Shown here in pieces: positions 24,337 through 36,200 of a stretch of DNA of 64,000 bases. Positions within the stretch are counted from its first letter, which is position 1. Every line of letters starts with the position of its first letter. Both the position numbers and the translations under genes were made by a program. Origin of the DNA: Azolla caroliniana (Eukaryota; Plantae; Polypodiophyta); assembly GCA_043228905.1 (NCBI GenBank), contig JBHGNT010000002.1, positions 17,484,001 to 17,548,000 of the forward strand. The letters run 5' to 3'. The notes beneath the pieces were generated by a model, which made no database searches, was not told the origin of the DNA, and saw only the letters and a list, made by a program, of their open reading frames with translations.

Positions 24337-27300
24337 ATGTTTAGCCGTAGACGCCCCAGAGAACCAACACGACAAGACCGGCCAATCACAAGGTTCGTCA
24401 CACGCCAGGCAGAGGAACGCGCACGGCAAAAGCCTCGCCTCAGCGACCTCAGTACTACCTACCGTGATTACAAAGGTGATTCTTCGCTCTCCAAATACCT
24501 CGACGATACGCGGGGAGCACGCTCACCACAGCAACACTGTGGTCTTTCCCGACCCACCGTAGCCCCCAGCATGGCCTTTGTCTATCCCCGCTTTAACAGC
24601 GAAACCGACGCCGCAACCCATATTTGCATGTTCCTCAATGTCTGGAATGCGAACCACATGACGCAGAGCCTTTCGGAGGCGGTAGCACACCAGTCGAAAA
24701 TGACGGAGTTCGGGTTAACATTGGATGGGCGAGCGGCATTTTGGCATTCACAGATGGATTTGCCAGCAATCACAACCTTCGATCAGCTACAGTCCGCTTT
24801 CTTGCGGTTCTTCTATCGGAGGGTTCCACAACACGAAATCCTCGGACAGTTCTACACGATTAAGCAGTTGCCGATCGAAACGATCATACTCTTAAGCTTA
24901 CGTTTCCAAAATTTACGACGGAAACTAGAACGGAGCCCTACGGAGGGCGAGGCTCGAGAGACATTTCTAGCAGCATTACACTGACCCATACGGGCAATGC
25001 TCAACAACAATAGCGTGAAAGGGGAAATGGCGGATATGGTCATTGAACGAGCGTTACAGCTCAAGTTGGACGAGGAGGAGGAAAGGTTTTCTATGTCCTC
25101 CTTACGACAAGCGTTACCCCAAGACGAGAAATACCAGTTTCGTCAAGCAATCCAGTCCACGATTTGCTTGAACTCGGGGCATTCCACAGTGGAGTGCAAC
25201 ATGCGAATCCACTGCCCAATCTGCCACTCGAAGGCTCACACAGTCGACCAATGCGAATACAATATGTTGAACAAAGCCGCTCCCACAGTACGCAGCATGG
25301 ACACACAACGTCCCCCACGCCGTACTGAACAAAGGCGGCAAGAAGACCGGCCACGGTATGTGGATCGCAACCCACGTGACGACCGACACCACCGGAATCG
25401 CCGAAATCACAACGATTCCGAGGAAGATGAACCAGAGGAGGAGGATTATAGTGAACCTCCGAGTTATGCTAAAGGGGGCCAGCGCTATGAGAATCACCGG
25501 CCGACAAACAAACGTGGCGGCTTCAATGGTTATTGTGGGAAGCCGCGGCAATATCGAGATCACCGGCGTTACGACGAAAGCTCGTGAGATAGGCGACACC
25601 AAGAACCACGTGGGGACCAACAGCAACCACCGCGTGCGTTCCGACAAACAAGGCCGGACCATGAGGAGCAAGTTGCACCAGGGGATCGGCACACACCACC
25701 AGGATCCGAGAAGGCCGAATCAAGCATCCATTGTTTTATTTGTCAGCAGCCCGGACATTATGCCACGCAATGCCCAACACGCAAGGGCAAGGGACCCGCC
25801 GTCAATACAATTACGGCGGAAGTGCAGCAAGTCACGACACGCCAGCAAACAAAAACGGCTGATTGGGCCGCGGAAGATGAGATACGACGACAAGCCCAGG
25901 CATGGGTGGAAAAAGCAAACACGACCAATACAGAGCGCATGCGAAAGGAGTCTGCGAATACGAGGGACCGAGCGGAGGACGAAGGACTGGTCTCGGACCC
26001 CATTTGGCAGGCATTAACAGGCTGCGAGATAATGTTAACCATGGAGAAGTTGTTGCAGCTAGTCCCACGCTTCTGCCAGACCATGGAAGAACGGGTGACA
26101 GGCATACCCAGGGTGAGCGTCACTACAAACCTTACAGACGTTAGCGACGGACCGCCTGTAGTGGATCACCACAACCCGACTATTACATTAATATTACACG
26201 GACAAGAAATTCCTGGATGCGTTATCGATGCCAGCTCAAGCGTCAATGTAATTAGCGCGAAAACTTGCGACCAGTTAGGCATTTCAAAATGGGAGGCTTG
26301 CCCATTCTGGCTCCAAATGGCAGATACCCACTCAATACGACCATTGGGGTTAATTCGCAAGATAAGCATTATCGTGGGCGGACATCGCTTCGACATCTCG
26401 GCGGTTCTCCTCGCCTTGGATGCCCCAGGGGCATACCCAGTGCTTCTGGGCAGACCATGGCTTCGGGCAACAAATATCAAGCAGAGCTGGCAACACAAGT
26501 GTATCAGTTTCCGACACGGACGCACTAAGGTTCGCGTACCTACGGAAGGAAGCACACCACAACCCAAGGGTATAACACCATTATATGCAGAAGATATAAA
26601 TATGTTGGCTAGGGTGGAGGATGCAGAATTAGAGGCATACCTAGATGAGCACCCTCGGATCATTCCGCTGTTCGAAATCAACATCATCGCAACCGCGGCA
26701 GAATATGCCACGGCCACTATTCTCCACGACGAGGCTTACAAACCAAACCTAGAGTCCATATTGGAACTCAGCAGAGCACGGGCGGCATTCGAAAGGGAAA
26801 TGGAAATTTCACGACGAGTCACCGCCTCCGCCCTGGAAGAAGTAAATGTGGGTACGGAGGCAGAATCCCGTTTCCTCTCCATCGCAAAGGAATTAAGGCC
26901 GGACCAGAGAAACACGATGATCGCACTACTCAAGAAATATAAAGACGTGTTCTCTTGGGCTCACGAGGACATGAAGGGGTTAGATCCCAAGTTCTATCAA
27001 CATAAGATCAATTTAGCAATCGACGCAAAACCCGTCCAGAAGCGTCGCTACCGCATGAACCCGAACTACGCAACCCGCGCAAAAGAAGAAATTGACAAAC
27101 TCCTGAAGGCGGGGTTCATACGACCGGTTAAACAAGCCACATGGTTAAGTCCGATCGTGGTCATTCCAAAGAAAAATGACAAAATACGGGTATGCATGGA
27201 TTACCGAAAATTAAACAACGTAACCATTACGGACGCATTCCCTTTACCATTCACCGATAGCGTATTGGACACCGTCGCAGGGCATGAGATGTACAGTTTT

Positions 27301-29694
27301 TTAGATGGCTTCAGTGGATATAACCAGGTACGCATGCATCCCGAGGACCAAGAGAACACGGCATTTGTCACGAACTAGGGAGTCTATGTGGCAGTCGTCA
27401 TGATGTTCGGGCTAAAGACGGCGCCGACAACATTTCAACGGACAATTACGGAGATCTTTGGGGAATATATTTCGGCGTACATGCAAGTTTTTTTAGACGA
27501 CTTTGCGGTATATGGGAAAACAATAGACCATTTTACGCACCTGCAACTGTGCCTGGAACGTTGCCGCACCACACGCTTAAGCCTAAATCCCGTGAAATGT
27601 GCCTTTGGTGTGACCAGGGGGAATCTCCTAGGCCATATAGTCAGCAAGGAGGGAATAACGGTCGATCCGAACAAGATCTCCGTGATTACGCAAGCCAAAA
27701 CTCCGACAAACGCGAAATCACTCAGCCGGTTTTTAGGACAAATACGGTGGCATAGTCGGATGCTACGATATTTGGCGGACTTTGCCACGCCGTTACATGC
27801 TGTCGTGCATCGAACTCCCTTCGAATGGACCGCAACGGAGGACAAGGCCTATGAGGCACTTAAGATAATGCTCACACAGGCCCCCGTCATACAACCACCA
27901 GTTAGGGCGAAGCCCTTCCACGTGTTCGTCGAAGCCTCGGACATAGCAATAGGAAGTGCGCTAATGCAGCTCACCGAACCAAACTGGTACCGACCAGTGT
28001 ACTATGCTAGTCGCAAATTATCAACAGCAGAGCGTAACTATTCCACAATGGAGCGGGAGGCGCTAGGGTTGATCTATAGCATTAATAAATTCCGGCATTA
28101 TTTATTGGGGAGGAAATTCATGTTCCACGTGGATCATTCGGCGCTGCTGTATTTGGTGGAGAAACAAGCCCTGACGGGAAAATTGGCGCGATGGATGTTG
28201 CTGCTTCAAGAATTCGATTTTGTAATCCAGCACCGACTAGGGACGCAACACGCAGTGGCAGATTTTTGGAGCAGACTCGATAATGGAGAAACAATACAGA
28301 AGGATGACGATGATTTCCCGGATGCCGACATCTTGCGGGTAGTAGCACTGGCAGAAAGAATGGAATCGACCTTTCCGGACCGGTGGCTTATGGAAATGAC
28401 ATACTTTTTTACTACGGGACTGCCTCCACCACAATTACGCACGGACGAGAAGAAACGACTAGCCGTCCGAAGCCGTAACTTCTGCCTCGTAGAAGGAATT
28501 TTATATCACAAAGGAAGTGACGGCATTGGGTGACATGGGGTACGTCAGGATGAGAAAGAAGCAGTTTTACGGGAGACGCACTGCGGCACAGCAGGCGGCC
28601 ATTACGCGGGCGATGTTACAGCCCGGAAAATATGGCAAGCGGGCCTATGGTGACCGACAACGTAGAAGGACACATCCGAGTATTGTAGAAAGTGTGATTT
28701 GTGTCAACGGAAGGGCCAACCCACTGAGGACGCAAGGATGCCACACCAGCTCGTATTACCGCTAGACCCCTTCCAAAAGTGGGGATTGGATTTTGTGGGC
28801 CCCTTCACACCGGCGGCAGCCCGTACGGGAAATAAATACATATTGGTAGCCACGGATTATTGCACCAAGTGGGTAGAAGCAAAGGCACTACGAGAAAATA
28901 CGGCGGCCGTCACAGCGAGATTCCTTTACGAGCACATCTGGTGCCAGTTCGGTTGTCTGATTGAGCTCATCAGTGACTAGGGGAGTCACTTTCTCAATAC
29001 GGTGGTTCAGGAACTAACACATCATTATGTCGTAGTCCACAAGAAGAGTACACCATATTATCCATAGGCGAATGGGTTAGCGGAATCCACCAGCAAGACG
29101 TTGCAGACCATCTTGAAGAAAATCGTCAATGAAAATAGAATGGACTGGGTTACCAAATTATAGAGTGCGTTATGGGCGTATAGAACCAGCTACAAATTAA
29201 GCATACAGTCAACACCATTTCGATTAGCGTTTGGGCTGGAGGCTGTGATGCCGGTAGAATTTCACGTACCCAGTTTGCGGATTCAGGTACGGGATTGACT
29301 ATCGGAAGCCAAGTCGGAGGAGGTACGGCTCCACCAGCTACTCAAACTCGGGGAAAAACGCGCACACATCATGACTGTGTTAGAGCAGGAACAACGACGG
29401 CGTAAAGCGTTTGTGGATCGACATCGGAACACAAGGGAAAAGGATTTCGTCGTCGGTCGAGCGGTGCTGGTTTTCCAAACCCGCATGGGCCATATGCTAG
29501 GGAAGTTACGATTCCGCTGGACCGGCCCGTACTGGATAATTGGAGCGGAACAAGGCACGTTCCAACTAGGTACGCTGGCCGGGGAAGTAGTACGGCAAAA
29601 GGTGAATGGGTTTCGCCTTAAACCTAACCTGGGCCCTACGCCACCTAACCCATTCACCGCCGGACAGGACAAAGCTGGAGAACTCGCGGCGTAA
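24337..29694 (+). pseudogene. Gag-Pol polyprotein in one reading frame, with premature stops
   Basis: ORFs at 24337, 24997, 25822, 27388, 28699 and 29371 share one frame. Motifs: CCHC knuckles; PR CVIDASSSVN; RT LDGFSGYNQ and FLDD; RH YYASRKL..ERNY; IN HHCC, WGLDFVGPF, NGLAE and GPY. Confidence 0.95.
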
Positions 29695-30035
29695 TTGGAC
29701 GGCCCCACTTGTATCATAATGTAAAAATAGGTTGTATGTAACCGTTCTGAAAAAAAAAAAAAGAAGAAGAAGAGAGAAGATAATGACACTATTAAAAGGA
29801 CGAAATGCATGCACAGACTCCTAGATCAAGAACATGCGGCACTACGATGGCTCACCGTCCAATGAACCCTAAGCCACAAAAAGAAAGAAATAGAAAATCT
29901 TCTACACAAAACAAAAACCCACCTTCTAACTATCAGCGCTCCCATCGCTCCTCCCCCTCACCTTCTCCTCCATCCTATCATAGAGCTCCAGCCCACCGCG
30001 ACCACTAGTCTCCTCCCCACGAACCTACTCTAGCG

Positions 30036-32730
30036 ATGCCGATCTTCATCTCTACGGCCTTACGCCGATGGCTTGTGGAGAAACGCCTGGATGGGTACAT
30101 CCGGGTCGCAGAGGCACCCCCACACCCGGATGCCATGGACATCGCCAAAAAGCTTAACATCGACACGGTCACGAACTCTTCCATCCGGAAAAAGTTGGAC
30201 CTGTCATCGCTAGGCGAAAGGCATTTCGAAATCCCTCTTGTAGAGGCGCTGCAAAGATATTTCAGGCCATATTCCTCCTCCGCCAAGGCCTATAGAACGA
30301 AGCAGATCCCGGATCCCTTCTTCCGTGAAGTCATCAAGTTCCTGTTAGAGGTCGGTTGCGTACACGTCAACGCATATGGGATGCCCAAGTAGAAGACGGG
30401 TATCATTATTGATACCTTTGAAGGGCGTGTGGTCGATTGGGGGGTCATCACAAGGCCGACGTTAAGGGAAGGCATGCATGCATATCAGGTAGGCAAGAAG
30501 CTCAAGCTAATCATACAACAGTACCTTGCAGTGCTATTCCCACCCTGAGGCCTGCCGACATCGCAGCCCAGCCGACCCACGCCTCCGCCTCGATCCGTGA
30601 AGCGCAGGTTAGCGGAGTTAGTTGCCCCAGAGTGGGAAGAGGAACCCCGACCCGCCCAACCAGACACACGTCCAACGCAGGAGGAACAATCGGCACACTC
30701 CGCGGAAGCAGCCCTAGAGCCAGACACCGAAACAGCGGAGATTGGACAGGAAAGATGGGCAGGGATTGGTCAAAGACGTCCCCACGACGGTAGAGACAAC
30801 GACCGAAGGCGATGGCTCCGTAGCTACGGAGCCCAATACCACCTTCAAAATCATCCAGGAGCCACGACCGATCATTACGACCCAATCCCAACGAGGGAAA
30901 GCCGTATTAACGGCGGAAAGCGAGGTTTTGGCATATCCAGATATCCCGGACACGGCCCATGAGTTCAACGCCCTCTTACAGTTCGGAACCTCTTTTGAGC
31001 TCATGGAATTCCTGGCAACGCAACAGATAAAGGCCTCACAACGAATGGTTGAGGAGCACGCGGAGCGCCAGATGATTGAGCGCGCCCTAACACAAACGGC
31101 GGAGAGTGACGATGAGGACCGACTAGCCAAGGTCGGCAGACAGAGGAACGCCGGTGTACGCCGAGTGGGGATGAAGCTACCCCCATTAAACACGGCCCTA
31201 GTTGAAGTCCATAGGGAACTGGCAAAGGTCAGCACGGGCGCCAAGGAGATGGCCATTCAAAATAAGAATGTCTGGAAAAAGGTGAAAATGACCCAGGTCG
31301 AGCTGCAAAGAGCCAACAAACACATCGCGGAGTTGGAATCTAACGCGACTACGGCGCAACTGGCAACTCCGCCACCAAACCACGCCATCGACGCTTTGAA
31401 GGAAGAAATTGAGGCTCATACCGCCATCGCCTCAAAAGCGAAAAGGGTCGTGCAACTAGCGGAATCGGAAATTGACCGCCTTCGAGCTGAACTGCACAAA
31501 TCGTCAGACAAAGAAAAGGAGATGCGGGCTAACAGCCGGAAGGCTGTAAAAACTCTTGAAGAGAAACTCGTTGCGGAGATAGCACAGCACATCCGGACGA
31601 AAGACGAAAATGCCCAATTACAGGATAAAGCGAAGAAATCGGAGGCGGCAATTGTGGGACTCCAGACCTTATTGGAGAAAAAGAAGGTATGATTCGACGA
31701 GCAGGAAAGAAGGCATCAACTTGAAATCCGCCTAAACAATGAAATGGGGAAATTAGAAGAACACCATGCAAAGGAATCCCAGTTGTGGGCGCGCCTGAAG
31801 ACCACGTACGAAGAAGCGGCGGCGGTTAGACAACAAGAAATTGCAAACCTCAAGAAGTCGGTGGAGGACGCACGCAACCGTTGCCAGGCCATCACAGACA
31901 ACGTGCATATCCTTCTACAAACAAATCGGGAGAGGTTCACATCGCAATTGAAAACGACGCTGGATAAAGGATGGATGGCGTGGGCAACCCAGGCAGCGGA
32001 ATTGCACGCGTATCGTGCGAACTGGGAGAACCAACGAAAAGACGGTCGAGGTTTCTATAAACTAAATGAGGAGAGCATTGTGGCCGTATGCGAGGACCTA
32101 GCGCAAGACTATCGTGCGCTAGCGGACCAACATTCCGAAGAACTCGCGCAGCTCTTAGATGATTTTGGTGAAAGCCAGGAGGAGCTATTTCACCAGATCA
32201 CACAAGCCGGCAACATGCGAACAAATGAGGAATCCATCGTGACACCAATTCTAGGCACGGCTGAAGAAGAGGAACCTCAGGCCAGATCACCAGAAATTAC
32301 CACGACGGTGAACAGCGCGGACCGACGAGCGGAGTCCCCCACAGTACCAGACAGCAAAACCGTTGCCCAAGAGGAGCCCCATCTGCAGGAGTCCACGCTA
32401 TCGGCGGACCACACGGAGAACGTTGCGGGCTAGGTGGAATCGCAACCCCACTCCCCGGAGCGTACAATGATGGACGACACCACGGAGGAAGTGACAATTG
32501 AGACAGAGTCGCGGTTGACCGCAAGCACGACGACGGAAGAGCCCAACCCACTAGCTCAAGAAGAGCCCACCGTACCCGGACCACCCACACAGGACGACCG
32601 CGACACCGGGATAAGCCATTCCGACCAAACAGGGGAACCACACCACGATGCCCCTACGGGCCCTACGTCGCCTCCAGACGCGGACACCGTAGCAGAACCA
32701 AACATCCGGGCCATTGTGGAAGAAGATTAA
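30036..32730 (+). pseudogene. Extra 3' ORF (about 900 codons) of the Gypsy element: globular N-terminus, long coiled-coil, acidic disordered tail
   Basis: ORFs at 30036 and 30597 share one frame; ORFs at 30742, 31744 and 32434 share another. This implies one frameshift near 30750 plus several stops. E/K/Q-rich heptads at about 31180-32200. Confidence 0.75.
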
Positions 32731-32777
32731 TGGGATGGGTCCAACATGCCAGGGCACTGTCCCACAGGCGTGCCAGG

Positions 32778-33215
32778 TGTTGTCCGCCGGAATAGTAACC
32801 GACGGACAAGAGCATAGGAATAAGAAATAGTATAAGATCATAACGCATGTAACGGTTCACGCAGGAAGCGTGAACGGCTAAATAGACCCTGCGTATATAA
32901 AGGGCCGAAAACCTCTAATAGAAGGGGCGTGTATTTTGGAATGTAAAGAAGCGTATCGTAATAGAATTCTATCTTCTCTGAAAATCTGTGTATAACTACA
33001 ACTAATCTACTGTGTGTGTGGAATACCTGAGAGTGTAAGAACGTGAGTGTAACCACTGCTACGGAGTCGGTTGTAGCCATCTCCCTTATACGCTGCTAGG
33101 TTATGGGGAACATTCCCCTACGTAGTACGCATAGACGCCACCATTCGTTGTTTCACAATCACTTGGAGGTCTAGGTCGAAGGATGGACCGCAGACCGTGT
33201 TCCTAATCGGTAACA
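32778..33215 (+). repeat. 3' LTR
   Basis: Direct repeat of 23845-24282, followed by TSD CATCT. Confidence 0.97.
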
Positions 33216-36200
33216 CATCTCCATTACCTCTCGGGGATGACATTATGGCAGCTTATGTTCAAAGCTTCGGTGGTGGTCTTTATGCCTTGCATTGGACCAT
33301 CCTAGCTCCTGAGTGCCTAAGTCTCTAGGGATTACGTAGTGAGGCAGCATTATTATTATGTTGAAAGCTTCTTTGTTTGTTTCCTTCTCAAATTCATTGT
33401 CCATGTTTTGAATGACCCTCTCTTAAGCTATGGTCTCGAGCAATATAGTGGAATTTGGGGTTCACGATTAGGTATCTCCATCTCTTCTAATTCACTGTCA
33501 TTCTATTCAATCTCCTTGTCATGTCCATATTTAAACTTAATGAAGCTTTTACATGTAGCTCTAGAGGTTTTGTGTCAAATTTATGTGCCTCACAGAATCA
33601 CTTCTATCAATCGATGGAGTTCTTCCTCCCATCGGTGTCATTTGCTTGGTGATTGGATTGGTGTATGCCCTATTGGTGGTGAACCATGTGGAGGTTGTTG
33701 TCGAATGCCTCCTAATTACTAACTCACTTAGTATTATACGATTAATATTAGTTTCTCTCTCACACTCTCTTAACCACGTAAAAAACAAGTAGAAACAAAA
33801 TAGCATATTTATTCCACTACTCTTAATACAAAGAGGTCTAGCACCAACGGAGAGAGATTAGCGCTTATTCACTAAACGCTATCGCTAATCTCTCTTGAGC
33901 TCTTAGTTACCAAGAAGGAGATAGAGAGGAGGCTTAGGGTTTTAATCCTAGGAGATTCTTAAGATTGAGACTTGAAGGAAGAAATTCAGTGGGATTAGTT
34001 TGAGGGTTTTGAAAAGAAAGAGAAAGGGCACTTCAATTGTAAACTAAAAAATTTAGAGTCTTTATTGCTCGATGCAAGCATCAAGATGATTATATAGCAA
34101 GTTCGATTTAATCATGGTGAGTCAATACTATAAAAGTATTAACGAAGATCATTGTGGATAATATTTTTGGCACATTATTGTAGTTAACTTTATTATGATT
34201 TTATTGTGTTGATGATTGTTTGACAATACACGGACACTATGAAGACTACAGAAAACAATATAAAATGGAAGAAGCGGATAAACAACGAATGTTTTTATAT
34301 TAAATAGAAGAGAAAGTTTATAAGAATATATCATTGTGAAGTCAGTCATTGTTCATAAAAAGAGACAGTTGCAAACATGTTGGATGTTAAGAGGTCTAAT
34401 AATAAAGGAAAATATGAAAGGATCAAGTATTAACAAAGGAGGAAACTTGACGGGATATAAAGTTAAAGGCACTCTTCAAAACTAGAAAAGCAAGAAAAAA
34501 GAGAAAGAACAAAAGACGCAGGAAAAAGGTAGAAAAAGCAAGGGAGAGAAAAAAGCTCATAACTTCTTCATCTCATATCCAAATTTCAAAAGAAAAGATT
34601 CATAAGAAAGCTGACAAAGAGAGCTTTCTTGTATACAAAATTTGGGATGACAAAGTAGAAATAGTGATATATATAAAAAAAAGTCACATAAACTCGAGGA
34701 CATGTAAAAAGAAAATATTAAAAGAATAACGCAACTAAAAACCTATAAATAGGAGGGTATTCTTAGCAATTGGGGGGGAGGAGGAATAAGAAGATTAGAA
34801 GAAGCGAGAAGAAGCTTAGAAAAGGAAAGAGAGAAGAAGGAAAGACTATTTTCAACTAGTGTCATTGAGATTAAGGTATTTATTTGGGGTTGTTACTTTT
34901 AGAGTCTAAGAAAATGGTATTGTTTTCCTAGTATCATATTGAAATATTATTTTTTCTATATCTCTCCATCAATCATGTCATTCCAAGTTGCAAAAGTGTC
35001 ACTTCATCCACTAGATCTGAAACAAAGCATATTGTTTCAATTGAAGTTAGTAAAACGATCCTTTAGGAAAAAAGGTTTGTTTTGGAATTGAGTTTGAACC
35101 AACTACCTTATGAGTTATTTTATGAAAGTCATAGTGTAATGGATTTGAACAAGAACTATATCACAAAAATAATATTTATATGAGGTATCATTACCTACCC
35201 TTAGTAATTGAATATTCATCACTACATTAAAAAGGATTGTCAAGGATAATAATGTTCAGGAGATGTTCATTAAGTTGGTGTCTAAAAAATGGAGGGTGCA
35301 AGGGGATGGCTGGAAGAATCAAAGGGTCACTACTTTGTTTGTACATATGATGTAATTATGTATATATGAATGTATGTGTGTAAGCATGTATGTATCCATG
35401 TTTATATACGTTTGTGTGTCATGCATAATTTGGACGTATGTATTGTACACTTGTACATTTGTATTTAACAATGTTTGTTTGTGCAAAGGCCTAATCCACA
35501 CAATAAAGAGAGAAAAAGAAAATAAAACTACTTGAATGGCAAGTTTAAGGGCAGAATCAACCTCCAAGTTTTCTTCATCTATAATGGACAAGAGACTTCT
35601 AGTATTGAAATTTTGACTCACATTATATGTATGGATGCATGCATGTACATAAACATATGTATACATATGCACATTTAGATATATGCATGCATATATGGAT
35701 GGATGTTTATATGCATATATAGCCCCTAATTTGTATGAACAAAAGAGAGATAAATAAAAATACTTAGGACCGAGGGGGGATCATGCTTGGGTCGTTTGCA
35801 AAGGAGGAGATGGCTCGGAGCATTTGAGAAGAAAGTGAATAAGAAAACGGAGAGCTCGAATCCCATTTTCCTAATATTGCTTTAAATTTAAAAACCTTGA
35901 TACTCCAAAATGTGAAATTTTGAGCAAGGCTCTCTCATTGTAGGGTTAAGAGAATTTGGGATGGATACATGTAGGCCTCGTCAATGAATGAATTTTTGCA
36001 AGATAGTGAATCAATAGGGTGCATTCAAGATCTAGGATGATGAAAGGTGATGTGGCCATCGATCATAGGCTTGCTACCCTAAAACTTGAGGACCTCCTCC
36101 CAAAACTCTACCCATTTCTTTTTCGATCATCATCATCTTTTTCATCAATAACCTATGTAACAAGATTAAGGATTTAGCCACCCCACGTAACAAGATTGAG

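Larger units (their letters stand above)
23845..33215 (+). mobile_element. Full-length Ty3/Gypsy LTR retrotransposon (non-chromovirus, Phygy/Selgy/Athila-like) with a 3' extra ORF; inactivated by stop codons
   Basis: Two 438-bp LTRs (TG..CA), TSD CATCT (23840-23844 and 33216-33220), PBS, and gag-PR-RT-RH-IN order. Confidence 0.97.

Noticed and set aside
25091-28442. Many long antisense and alternate-frame ORFs inside the Gypsy element
   Set aside because: Expected shadows of a GC-richer coding region; no recognisable motifs.
33851-33895. 13-bp inverted repeat agagagattagcg...cgctaatctctct
   Set aside because: Too short for a miRNA precursor, no TSD found, and probably part of an unidentified repeat.
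34742-34753. cctataaatagg as a CArG box or promoter of the MADS gene
   Set aside because: Not CC(A/T)6GG, 4.4 kb upstream, and more like a TATA box in an LTR remnant.
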